Shown here: piece after piece, positions 1 to 11,990 of the stretch | How positions within the stretch are numbered: the stretch's first letter is position 1 | Layout of the letters: every line of letters begins with the position of its first letter | Assembly (NCBI GenBank): GCA_004431415.1 | Contig: QPMI01000241.1 | Coordinates: forward strand, 98,853 to 162,852 | Direction of reading: 5' to 3' | Source of the DNA: Cyanophora paradoxa CCMP329 | Lineage: Eukaryota > Plantae > Glaucophyta | Length of the DNA: 64,000 nt | Notes under the pieces: generated by a model | The model's input: the letters and a program-made list of their open reading frames with translations, nothing else | The model's database searches: none | Told to the model about the DNA's origin: nothing | Translations under genes and position numbers: made by a program

Positions 1-1314
1 CGACACGAAAGCTGCGCACATGCGTCCCGTGGCCGCTACAGTCCCCGAAAAAGTTCTCTGAGGGACGCGCGGGGGCCGTGGTTCGGCGGTCTGGCGGGGC
101 GGGGAGGGGCGGGGCGGGGCGGGTCGGGGCACCGCCGGTGGCGTCGAGGATGTTGCGGGCGCGCCCCTCGAACTCGGGGTGCTCCGTGAAGATCCCCGAG
201 TCGATCACGTACCTGCCCCACCAGCGCCCCGTCGGCCCCCGCCGAGGGGGGGGTGCGGGGCACGTCTACGTACACGTTGACCCCGCAGCCCGAGGCGCTG
301 TAGTTGTACCTCTGGTCTCCCCCCAAGCTCCACGCGTCCTGCGCACGCCCGCCGTCAGCGGAGGGTACGAGGGCAGAGCAGCGCAATGCGGGTACCTGGT
401 CGATCCGGTCCAGGTTCCAGGGCGCTGCGCGCGGCGGCGCCGGTGAGGGCGGGGCGGGGCGGGGGCGGGCGTGGGGGCGCACGGGAGGCCTGCTGGAGGG
501 TGTCGAGGGAGGCCGGGACGTCGCGCCAGACCCCGAGCACCGTCTCGTCCGCCGCCGCCGCCGCCCGCACCTCCTCCCCCATCCTGCGCCCCGCCCGTGT
601 CGGGACGAGGGGCGAGGGGAGACCGCGTAGAGGGGCGGGGCGGGGGCCGGGCACCGCGCCGAGAAGCCGGGGAAGACGCCGCGGTACACGTCGCGGACCT
701 GCGCGGGCGAGCGGTAAGAGTGTTTTCATGGTCGACAGGGGGGGGGGGGGAGCGGGGCGGGGGTACCTCGAGGAGGGGCTCGGGAGCGGAGGGGGTCGCG
801 GCGCCGGCGCCGGCCTTGGCGGAGGGCCGGAGCCCGGTGCGCCGGGGCCGCCCTTGGCGGCGCGGGGGGCGGCGAGGCGCCGGCGGAAGAGCTCGAGGAG
901 GGTCTGCGAGGCGGCGCCCAGGTCCTCGTCGGCCAGCAGCCGCCGGCCCAGCGCCCGCTCCGCCGCCTCCGCCTTGAACCGCTGCGGCCGGCCCCGTCAG
1001 CGCTTGTCCGGCGGTGGGGGCGCGGGTGCGGGGCCCAAGCGGTCGACCGCGCGGTCAGATTGGCAACGCTAGGAAGGCGAAGGCATGCATATGTGTGTAG
1101 GGAAGTGAAGGGAAGGGATTTGGGACACGCGCGGCGGCGAAGCGGGGCGCGGGGGGCAGCGGGGCGGGCCGGGGCGCACCACGACGTAGAGGTCGCGAAT
1201 CGGCAGCTCGGCGTCCTCGGACCGGAGCTGGCGCGCCTTGCCGGCGCCGTCGGGCTTCGAGGGCTCGCCCGCGGCCACTGCCGCCGCGAGAAGCGCGAGG
1301 AGCGCCGCCGCCAT
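1..1314 (-). CDS. Secreted subtilisin-like serine protease (S8A, proteinase K-like) with I9-type prodomain; spliced, 3' end runs off the window
   Basis: Signal peptide MAAALLALLAAAVAAG from ATG 1314. Prodomain-like VYRGVFPGFSAR, mature start APWNLDRIDQ, YNYSASGCGVNV-YVIDSGIFTEHPEFEGRA (catalytic Asp) and DCSGHGTHV (catalytic His) near position 15-45. Confidence 0.92.
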
Positions 1315-2063
1315 CAGCGGCGCCCCCGGCCCGCGGGCCCGAGGGAGCTGCCCCGCGGCCGCGGTCGACGCTCCGCCGCCGGCGCCGCGGCGCCCCGCGG
1401 CACGACGCGCTGCAGCGCGCGCCATCAATCCGCGGCCGAACTCGCGGCGCGCTGAGGATGCTGGATCCGGCCGCTGCCGCGCGACTGCGCCGAATTTAAC
1501 GGGCCGAGATCCAGAGGTCGTCGCTTTTTTACGAAAGCGGTGACGGGCGGCGCTGCGCTGGGCGCCAGGCTGCTGCTGCTGCCTCGATCGCTGCTCCGAA
1601 CGCGCAGCTGGTGCCGCGCGGGTGCGCTCCTCTTCACAGCAGTGACAGCAGCGTAGGATGCCAAGCATGCGCAGGCGAGGAGCTGCGCATTGTGCAAGAG
1701 CACGGTACCCGGGCAGCCCGTTTAATTTTTTGATGCACGTCCGGATCCAATCGAATCGTTCCAGAAAAAACACTGAATCGAAGCAACTTGAAGCCTCAAG
1801 TCGCGCCGGTGGTCTACCGTCTACCCCTTTTCCGTAAAAACAATCGGCGTATCGGTTCCGTTCCTTCCGCGTACCCAAGTAGTAGCCGGTGAAGCCGGCT
1901 GGAGCCACCGCCCACGCGCACGCAGCTGTACTGGAGTTGACGCCCGTCGTTAGCTAGAGGAATCTGCAGCAGGCGGCGCTCGCCGGAGGGGCACAGCCGA
2001 TTTCCGCAGAACTGGTCTCTCCAGTGATGAGCGCAGCCCGGCGCTAGCGTCTTTCTTACTGGA

Positions 2064-5000
2064 ATGGACCGGCTTGTCAACGGGATCGGCCGGAAGATCA
2101 GCGGAGGCGAGCCGCTCCGCTACGCCTTCGAGGTTACTTTCAGTTCTGCGACTATCGCGGAGCGGGAGCTCGCAAAGAAGGCGAAGAATGCTGAGCTCAT
2201 CGTCGAGTGGAAGCGCGGGAGCAAGGTGCGGCTGCCCGCGCGAGCCGCTGACCCTCGAGGATGCCGTGAATCGCTGGAGCCGGCCCGCGCGGATGCTAGT
2301 GCCCCACATTCTCACGCTGTTTCGCGCCTTCTTCGCAGTGCGTCAGCACGAGGAAGGGAAACGTGCGGGAGGCGGTCAGCACCTCAGTCTTCTGGGCTGA
2401 GACGAAGTCGATGGAGTGCACCCTCTTCCGGAACCCGAAGACACGCCAGTTCGACATGAAGGAGTCCAAATTCAGTCTTAAGATGGTCGGCGAGGCCCGC
2501 GCGCGCCTCGCCGCCGCAGCAGCTAACAATCCGGCTTCATCCGGACAGGATGGGAAGTCGATCGGCAGCGTGTACTTCAACCTGTCGGACTTTGCGGGAG
2601 GCGGCACAGGCAAGAGCTCCGAAACGCAGGTCTTCACCCTCATCAAGGGCGGCAACAAGAAGTCCAAGACCTTCATCAAAGGCGGCCTCAACAAGGGCCA
2701 GGACAAGAGCAAGGGCATCCAGCTGAAGGTGCCGGCTTCCGTTACTCATCAGCACGCTTCGGGGCGCGCGGCGCTCACGCGCGGCGGCCGCGCTGCAGGT
2801 CACGTTCAGCGCCACATGGTTGAAGGACTTTAAGGGCGGGTGCGCCTCGGGCGTTCCTTTTGCGGGGCCGGCAGCGGCGTGGAGCGCGCTGAAATCGCGC
2901 TTTCCTTCCTTTCTGGCAGGGCGGACGACGCGTATTCGGACATGCGCTCGATGGCGACGTCGAACGACTCGCGGAGCGACCCGGGGGAGGAGGACCGGGA
3001 CGACCCTGAGGAGGACCAGGACGACGAGGACGAGGACGACCGCAGGAAGCCCGCCGCCAAGCCCAAGCGTGCGCCCCGCCCCGCGGCCAGGCCCCCGCGC
3101 CCCGCGCCGCCGCCGCCGCCGCCGCCGATGCCCGCCGGCAGCCAAGGTGGGGCCCCTCGGCCTCAAGGGCTCGAGAAGAGAGGCGGACCCGCGGGATCCG
3201 CTCGGCTCGCTGCGGGTCCGCCCGCCCGCACCCCCGCTCCCGCCGCTCGCCGCCGACTGCGCGGGCGCAGGAGGACGAGGAGGAAGAGGAAGAGGAGGAG
3301 GAGGAGGACACGAGGAGGAAACCGGTCGGGAGGGGCAAGCCCCCGCCGGGCAAGCCGGGAGCCAGCAAGGCCGCCGCCGGGCGGTGCGCCGACCCGCGCC
3401 GCCGGCCTGCCGTCCCGCCGTCCCGGGGTTGACGGTGGGCGGGGCAGCGGTGGGGCCAAGTCGAAGTACGATGAGGAGGAGGAAGAAGAAGAGGAGGAGG
3501 AGGATGATGATGAGGAGGAGGAGGATGACCGGGACGCGAAGAGGAGGTGCTCGGGGCGGGGCGGGGCGGACGGCTGGGCGCCGGCGCGGAGCTGACGCCC
3601 GCGCAGGCCCCAGTCGCGGGCCGGCGGCCGCGGCCGGAAGGACGAGGACGAGGACGAAGAAGAAGAGGAGGAGGAGGAGGAGGACCACAGGGGCCGGGGC
3701 AAGGCAGGGAGCTCGGCGAGCGCGGGGGCGGGGGCGAGTCGGGGCGGGGCCGGGGGGCGGACGGTGACGTTCGGGACGACGCGGGTCGAGAGCCCCGGGA
3801 TGGGGAGCGGGCGGGGCGGGGCGGCCGCCAAGCCCGGCGCCTCCAAGTCCCGATACGGCCACGACGAGGACGAGGAGGAGGAGGAGCACGACGAGGAGCA
3901 CGACGAGGACGAGGAGGACGGGTACAGGCCCGGCAGCAAGGCCCGCTTCGCCCCGCCCCGCCCGCCGCCTACTCGTCGGGGCGGCCCCGCTCACGCCGGG
4001 GCGCGCAGATCACGAGCGGCCCGGGCCGAGGGGGCCCCTCCTCCTCCTCCCCCTCCTCCTCCTCGAGCAAGGAGCTCGAGGCGCGCCCCACCCCGCCCTC
4101 CCCGCCCCTCTCTGTCTTACGCGGGCGCAGGAGCTGCGGGGCAAGGTGGCGAAGCTCGAGAAGGAGCGGGACGCCCTGGAGAAGAAGCTCCGCGCCGCCA
4201 AGGTCCGCCCCTCCCCCGCCCCGCCGGCCCGCGGCCGACGGCGGCCCCGGCAGGACGACGACGTGGACGAGCTGCTGGAGGCGGCGCGCGAGGAGGGCCG
4301 GCGCGCACTCCGGCCCCTCCCGCCCCGCCCGCCCCGCCCTCTCTGACGCCGGGGCGCAGGGCGGAGCGGGACGAGGAGGTGGAGGAGCTGGAGGCGAAGG
4401 TCGAGGAGCTCCAGAAGCAGCTCGACGAGGCCCGCAGGGGCGCCAAGGGCGGCGCCAGGGTCCGCAGGGGCCCCACGCGCCCCGCCGCCTGTTGCCCCGC
4501 CCCGCCGCGCCGCGAGCCTCTGGCGCAGGGCAAGGCCGGCTCCTCCTCGGCGGACGACGAGGAGCTGCGGGACCTCCGCGCCCAGGCCGGCAAGGTCGGC
4601 CCCCGCGCCCCGGCCCCCCCCCTCTTCCGCCCCCCCGGCCCGCCGAGCCGGCTCCGGCCGCAGGCGAAGATGGACGCGGACGTGCTGAAGCGGAAGTGCG
4701 CGAACCTCGAGGCCGACAACGACGCCCTCCAGGTGCCCGCAACCCCGGCCCGGCCCCGGCCCCCAGCGCGGCGCGGGGCGGGGCCGACGTCCGCGCAGTC
4801 GCAGATCAAGGCCCTCGAGGCCAAGGCCGCCAAGTTCGAGGAGGAGACCCGCTCCCGCGTGCGCCCTCTCTCCCCCGGGGGGCCGGGGGCGCCCCCCCTC
4901 CCCTTCTTAGGGCCGACGCCGGGCGGGGGCAGGAGACGGCGCTGCGGCCGCTGGAGCAGGAGCTCATCGCCGCGAAGATGGCCTTCGCCACCTCCGAGTC

Positions 5001-5165
5001 CGACAAGGAGGAGGCCCGCCCACTACCCCCCTGGCCCCCCCCCCCCCCCCCGCCCATGACGCCGGGTACCCCCCGCAGATGCACAACAAGCTGATGCAGA
5101 TGAAGAAGAAGGTGGAGGCCCTCGAGGGGCAGCTCTTCAAGGCCAAGCGCGCCCTCGCCAAGTAG
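2064..5165 (+). CDS. NT-type C2 domain (EEIG1/EHBP1-like) protein with acidic low-complexity middle and C-terminal coiled coil; multi-exon
   Basis: N-terminus YAFEVTFSSATIA...LIVEWKRGSK...VFWAETKSMECTLFRNPKTRQFDMKESKFSLK...IGSVYFNLSDF fits NT-C2. Then D/E-rich exons and heptad exons ending LEQELIAAKMAFATSESDKEE-MHNKLMQMKKKVEALEGQLFKAKRALAK*, TAG 5163-5165. Confidence 0.82.
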
Positions 5166-6094
5166 CCCCGCCCCCTCTCCCCGCCCCCGCGCCCCGTCAA
5201 GCCCCCGTCTCCTCTTCCACCACAGTCGCCCCCCCCCCCTCCCCCCCCCCCCCCACTCCCTTTCCACGGCTCCCGCCCCCCCTTCCCGGCCTTTCTTTTG
5301 ATGTGCCTTTCGGTGCTGTAGTGCTCTAGTTACAATCCCTAGTCACGCGTCTGAGCTGCGGTGCTGCGGGGCGGGGCGGGACTTGTGGGCGATGTGCGGC
5401 GTTGCCGGCGCCTGTGTGCTCTCGCGATTGGATTTTCGGATCTAGAGTCCGACTCCCGGACTCTCCTGGCCGGGGCAACGCGCGCGCGCATTATATATTT
5501 AATTTCGCACTCTAATTTACGTATACGTTCGCACACATCGATATCTCTGACGTCGATCGACTCGCGAACTTCGAATTCGGAAGACTTACACATGTACATG
5601 CATATGTGCGGATCCGGAGCGCGTCAGCAATGCACCAGACCGCGACCGCCCGCGAAATAGGTACAGTTACAACGCACAAGAGATCACGTACTTATTCCGT
5701 CTGATAACTCGTTGAGTACATGATACGATGAATTTGAAGAGATACGAAGGTACGCAGCACATGTGACAATCTCGGGGAGAAAGCGGGCAGCACTTTCTCG
5801 GCAACTCTAAGCCTTTTCGAATGCAAGCACTACTTATGCACCTACATGCTCCAAGGATAATGACGTCGACCCACTTAAAATCGAGAAAGACACAAATATT
5901 AATATGTATACGTATACGTATACTTGGCACATAACTGAAGACCGAGGCGAAGGATAAGACGACCGTCGGACATCGATACATGCACACAGAAAACAAATAA
6001 TGCAGAAAACCAAATCACACTGGGCAAAGCGCTGCGGGCGGTCTACTCTATCGGCCTCCTAAAGAGCGTTTTGAATTCCGTGTTTGCGAAACTC

Positions 6095-6486
6095 TAAAAG
6101 ACTTTTCTTTGCCTCCTGCGACTACGTCTTCTAGTTCTGCTGTTAGCTCTGTCTTGTCGTCTTCGTCTAGATCTTCGTCTTCGACTGTAGTTCCTCGTGC
6201 TCGTTCTCCTTATTTGCTGCGTCCCCGTGCTCCTCGTCGTTCTAGTGTGACTAGTACTTCTGCATCGACGCCCTTGAGCTCTTCTACTCCTTCTCCTCGT
6301 GCTCGTTCTCCTTATCTTTTGCGTTCTTCTGATCGTGTCCCTTCTCGTGATCCCTCTTGATTCTGTATATATTTTGTGCTAGTTTACTGTATCTTTGATT
6401 TGTGATTGCTTTGTTGTCTTTAATATCACTACCTACGGGGGGTTCGCCCCACCGTAGTCTCTCAAAAAAAAATAAAAGACTTTTCT
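6095..6486 (+). mobile_element. 5'-truncated non-LTR retroelement (or SINE-like) insertion, ~364 bp, with poly(A) tail and 14-bp TSD
   Basis: TAAAAGACTTTTCT at 6095-6108 and 6473-6486; A9 tail at 6464-6472; 3' stem-loop CTACGG-GGGG-TTCG-CCCC-A-CCGTAG at 6433-6457. The T/C-rich interior is unlike the flanks, and an open frame runs from the 5' junction to TGA 6360. Confidence 0.85.
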
Positions 6487-6586
6487 CGAGTGCAAAACTA
6501 CAAAATTAAAGCCACGCCGGCATTAATTAGCCGACTCCTCTTAGGCGACGATGGACGGGACGCGCGGGCGTGCCGGCATGCCAATG

Positions 6587-9500
6587 TCAACCTGCGGCGG
6601 GCACACGATCAGGGGAGCCGGCGAGAGGGCTCGCGAGGCGGGGGCGGACGGCGCTGGTGGAGAGGGGCGAGTGGCGGCCGGTCTCGGCTGCGTCGGCGGC
6701 CTGCGCGACCTCCGCCTCGGTCGGGGGCATGAGCCCCACGAGCGAGCTCGACCGGTAGGAGCGCGGGCCCGGCGGGCCGCTGAACGAGCCCGAGCGCCCC
6801 GACGGGCCGCTGAAGGAGCGCGAGCGGGCGGCCGCGGAGGCGCCGGCCGCGGGGGCCGGCGGGTAGCTCCCGTTCAGCGCCTTCTGCTCGCGATCGCCCG
6901 GCCCCGCGTCAGCGGCGGCCGAGCGGGCGGGCGGGCGGGGCCTCGGGCCGGGCCGGGCGGGGGCCGCACGGCGGTGGCGATCTCGACGTTGCGGGCCTTG
7001 GCGCGCGCCACGACGACGACGACCGCCACGACGCCGATGACCACCGCGCCCACCGGCACCGCTGCGCGCGGGGGGGTTGCATGAGCGGCGCGGCTCAGGC
7101 GTGCAGGGGCGGATGAATATTCGAGCGGGGGCACCGACGGCGACGGCGACGAGGGTGGTGGACATGGAGGAGGAGGTCGAGGCGGAGGCCGTGTCGGCGG
7201 CCACCGCGCCCTCCACCTGCCCATGCCCCGCCGTCAGCCTGGCGTATGCGTCGAGGGACGAGCCGGCGGCCGACTCGCCTCGGGGCCGAGGTAGGGGGAG
7301 ACGTCGACGAGCTTGGCGCCGACGGCGAGGCCGGCGGGGCGGCCCATCCCCTCGCACGACGTCTTCTCCGCCGCCACGTTCTTGTTGCTCGGCATGTAGA
7401 ACGAGTCGCTGCGGCGCCGGCGGCGCGCCCCCGTGAGCGGCCGCCAGCGTCGTGATCGCAATGGAAATTAAACTATTTCGCAGCCGCGCACCTGAGGCCG
7501 GGGTCGCTGGCGGGGTACTCGGTGGCGGGGGTCTCGCAGCACGAGTGCGCCGTGCACATCCGCACGCCGAAGGCGAAGCAGTGGGCGCTCCAGAGGCCCG
7601 TCACCTTCTCGACGTTGACCACCGAGGGGGCAATGTTGTTGTCGCCCGTCCCGTCCGCCGGGATCTGCGCCAGAGGCGATTTCAGCACTCGAAAATCAAA
7701 TTTATTATTGTAATGGCAATCAGTGGCGCACGGCGAAGAGCTGGTACTTGTTGATGGCGAACATGTCGGTGGACTTGGCGGCGTTGCCCTTGACGTAGCG
7801 CCGGAGCATGATGGACGTGTTGCGGAAGGGCGCCCCGCCGTAGTACGCGAGCGACGGCCACCAGAAGAGCGCCGTCTTGTAGTCCTCCGTCCCCGAGACC
7901 AGGTTCAGGTAGTCGGACTGCGGACCCGGTGGAATCTTTTATTTGTGGCACTCGCTCGCAGGGGCGGGCTCGGGGGGCGGGCGCACGCTGGGCAGGGTGC
8001 TGGTGAGCTTGACGGAAGTGGCGCCGAGGTTGCCCGTCGCCTTTGCCCCGCACTGCGGCGTGACGGCTGCCGCGGGCGCCATCAGAGGCGAGTGCCATGG
8101 ACAAACACAAAGAAGCTGGGGCCGCACGTCCGTGGGTGAAGGCGGCCGATGAGGTGTCCGAGGCGCCACCGCAGAGGCCGGCCTGGGTCGCCTTGTTGCA
8201 CGCCTTGATCCTCACCGTGTACTTGAAGCCTGCGCATGCCTCCTAGATCAGCGGGAGGGCGGCGCGGGCCGGCGTGGCTGGGGCGGACCGGGGCAGAGCT
8301 GGGCGAGGGCGGCCAGGGACGGGATGGCGACGGTCTTGGCGGTGGCGTCGACGGCCACGGACGACTCGAAGGTGAGGAAGTCGGCGCTGTCGGCGGCCGC
8401 CGCCAGGGGCCAGGCCGTCGCGCTGTTCTTCTCCCCGGCGGGCCCGTACGGGCACAGGCCGATGGGCTCGCTCTCGGGGTTCGTCATGACCACCTCGACC
8501 ACGACCTGCGAAGAAGCCCGGCCCGTGAGATTCATGATCAAGCACTATTGGTTTAAACAACGGTCGGCTCTTCGGTGCCCACCTTGGTGAGCTCGGCGCC
8601 GCCGTCGTAGTCGAGGGCGTCCCATGTGGCGTTGAGCGAGTAGCCGGCCGCGTAGGTGAAGGCGTCGCGGACCGCCAGCGCCAGGCCCGTCATCGCCTCC
8701 GGCGCCACCGCTGCCGGCCGCGTCAGTGCCAGCGCCGCGGAGACGGGCGGAGGAGGCGAGGCGACGCGGGCGCACGGTCGACGATCTTGGGCTCCGCCAT
8801 GGTGACGAGGGCGCTGCAGTCGGTGCCGCCGGGCCGGCACGCCTTGACCGTCGCCGTGTACTTGAAACCTGCGGGTGGAGGCCGATCGCGAGTCAGACTC
8901 TCTGCTTCTCGCGATCGTGGGGGCAGGGGCGGGGGCAGGGCCGGCACCGGGGCAGAGCGTCGTGCTGACGACCATCTTGCCGTCCACGATCGTGAAGTCG
9001 GCCTTCACGCCGGTCTTGGGGAAGGCCGTGGAGGACGGGTGCCAGGGGCAGGGCAGCAGGACCTCGCTCGCCTCCTTCTGGACCCACGTGATCCCCACCG
9101 TGTGCTGCGCCGCCGTTTAGACGGCGACGGCGCCGGCGCCGGCGCCGGCCGAGCTCGGACCTGGAGGGTGCTCTCCTCGGCGGCCATGGTGGAGGAGGGC
9201 GTGAAGCGGATCTTCGCCGGCTGCCCGCCGCTGTACGTGAAGTCGGCCGTCGTCGTGTCGAGCACGATCTCGAGGCCCGTCGGGGCCGCGGGGACGCCCG
9301 CCGGGCACGCCGTCTCGAACGTCGTGTACGCGTACCCGAGGCGCAGCGCGCTCGGCGCCTGCGGAAATCAGAGCGGCCCATGATCAGCGGCTTTGCCGCA
9401 CGCAGGGCGGGGGGCGGGGGCGAGGGCGGACGTAGACAGCGACGCTGTAGCTGTTGGCGCCCGTCTGGCACTTCTTGAGGCCCGTCAAGTCGTGGGTCAG

Positions 9501-11161
9501 CTTGCCGTTGCCGCCGCTGGTGGCGGTGATGGTCGCCGTGCCCGAGCCCTCCGGCGGGTTCGTGTCACGAGCGGCGTCCTGCGAATTCCAGGCGGGGGGT
9601 CGGCGCCGCACAGAACGCGCGCGATCGCGAGAACGTTAACGGGGCCGGGGCGCTGGCGCACGCAGATGCTCTTGGCGAGGGCGCTGGCGCCGGTGCCCTG
9701 CGTGGGGGGGGCGGCCATCCAGCAGAGGACGAAGCCAGCGAGGCCGTTGACGTGCGTCCACTGCGCTGTCGCCGTCGTCTCTGTGGGCGTCCCGATCGTC
9801 GCGATGTCGAAGGCCTCGTCCTTGGCGAGCTTGCCCACCGTGAAGTAGCTGTTTGAGCCGATGCACGCCCGCGCGTCCTGCGCGCGATCGCGCGTCCCGC
9901 GTCGGCCTCGGCCGCCCGGAGCGGATTTCAATTTCAATCACGAGTTCCGCACCTTCATGTCTATGTTGATCGTGGACGCGGAGAAGCCGGGCAGGCCGCT
10001 GTTCGTGATCCTGACGACGATCTCCGCGTTGGTGCGCGAGGTGATCGCCCAGCCCGTGCCCGAGGCCGTCGCCGCGCTGGCCGCCGCGGTGACGGTCGTC
10101 GTGAAGATCGACGCGGCCTTGACGCCCTCGCTGTTCGTGTTGGCGACCTCGAACGTGGCCGAGAGCGGCTCGGAGAGGCGGAAGGGGTTGTCCGCGCGCG
10201 ACGCGAGCGCCAGCGTGCACTCGAAGACGTGCGGGCCGGTGGCCGAGTCGCCGACCCGAGAGCACGCCGTGTTCGCGTTGCTGGTGACGTCGTTGTTGCG
10301 GCCTGTGCATGCGATCGAGAGCCATCAAAATGCGGCTCAAGGGAAGAGACGTTGCTGCGGGAGCGTAATTGATAGCGGCGGAAGGGGGAGGATTCGCGAT
10401 CGATAGCCGTCATATGCATGCGGTACCGGTAACGATCGCGAATTCGAAAGAGCTTGAGCCTCAGAGGCAGGACAGGGCGGGGCCGGGGGCTCCCCAGGGA
10501 AGAAGGGAAAGGGGGCGAAGCTCGAGCGGGCGGCTCACCGCAGTCGGGGCCGGTTGAGATGAGCGCTCCCGTGCAGCCCGTTTGCTGCGCGGCTGGTCGG
10601 GAAGGGGGCGGCCGGGGCCGGGGGCCCGAGGGCGATTGCAATCACGACTCGGACCTGCACGCGGACGGCGCCGGGCTGGGCGGCGAGGTCGGCGACGGTG
10701 ACGGTGAAGACGGTGCCCGAAAGGGAGGCCGTGATGCCGGCCGCCGAGGAGGAGCCTGGGTCGGCGGTCGGGAGGGCGATGGTCCACGAGGCCGCGTCCG
10801 CCGAGACGGTCACCTCCGCGCCCTGCACCTCGCCGACCTTCCCCGACTTCGCGTCCATCGTAACGACCAGCTTGAAGGTCGACCCCGTCGCCACGACCGA
10901 GTACGATGGGTCCGAGTCGAAGTGCGAGTTTTTGCCGGCTGCGCAGCGGGCGCCGTGGCCGGTCAGGAGTCTAACGGCGGAACGAGCAGGCCTAGGCGAG
11001 CAGCGCTCTAGCAGCGGGCGGAGCCACGAGAAAGGGCTGTCGAGGCACTGCGGCATGCTATAGATCGCGCGGCATGTCGCACCGCAAGCCGCGGAGGTGA
11101 GGCTGACCACGGCGAAGAAAGCCAGCACAGCGGCCAGGCGCGCCGCATAGTTGCGATCCAT
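6587..11161 (-). CDS. Type I membrane protein with fibronectin-III-like repeats; multi-exon
   Basis: Signal peptide MDRNYAARLAAVLAFFAVVSLTSAAC and beta-rich T/S/V exons. Two FN3-like ends LCP-GFKYTATVKAC and LCP-GFKYTVRIKACN, with starts VPAAPTGL and VAPEAMTGL. TM segment VPVGAVVIGVVAVVVVVARAK (~7000-7060) and S/R-rich tail to stop at 6587. Confidence 0.7.
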
Positions 11162-11990
11162 CCTGAAGCCTCGCTGACTGACGTCCGATGCGAGTAACCG
11201 CACGAACCGCCCGATCGGGGAGCCGTCCGGCCTGGGAGCTCCGAGACTCGACTAACTGCCGGCGAACGCTGGGCGCACTGCAGGCTGCAGCTGCTCAAGC
11301 CTAGTAGTAGATCTGCCTTTGCCGGCGCTCGCGTCGATCGCTGACTGCGGAGCGGCGGTCGGCGTCGTTCCGACAGCGTAAAAGCAGTGGCTGCTGTTGC
11401 AGCCTGCAGGCACGCCGCTTCTTGTTGTTATTCAGGAGACTGTACCCCAAACTCAGGAAATTCTTCGGCCGAACACACGAACGGGTCCGCGGCGACTCCG
11501 CGCACACGATCCTGATTCCTGATCATGCATATGCGTGCAGATGAGGATCGGAGCGACGGAGCTGCATCGAGCCACGAGAAAGGGCTAGCGCTAGGCGCCG
11601 CTACCCGGTAGCGCGCGCGCGCTGTCGGCCCAGTGTCGGGGCACTGCGGCTGCAGTGCGGCATGCTCTAGATCTAGCTCTAGATTTCGATCTAGATCGCG
11701 GCCGGGGCGAGGGAACTGATTGAGGGAGCTGCGCATACAGCGCTGCAACTGCGCATGCAGCGCTGCACGGCTGCGCGCATTCATGCCAGTGAAGCTGCTT
11801 AGTGTGTACGCTGCCGGGCCGCCAAAATTGAGCTACAAGCTGCGAAGGAGGTTTAGGGATGACCGCGGCCCGATCGCGGGGCCGCAGCCCGGGCGGCTCG
11901 GCGCGCGGACCCCCGCGGTGCCCGCGGAAACGGGGAGAGGGAAGGGGAGGGGGGTGGGGGGAGGGAAGGGGGGAGGGCGGGCGATGACGA

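Noticed and set aside
5667-6060. AT-richer stretch as a gene or transposon ORF
   Set aside because: The plus-strand frames are interrupted by stops, the 109-aa minus ORF is not protein-like, and no terminal repeats were found.
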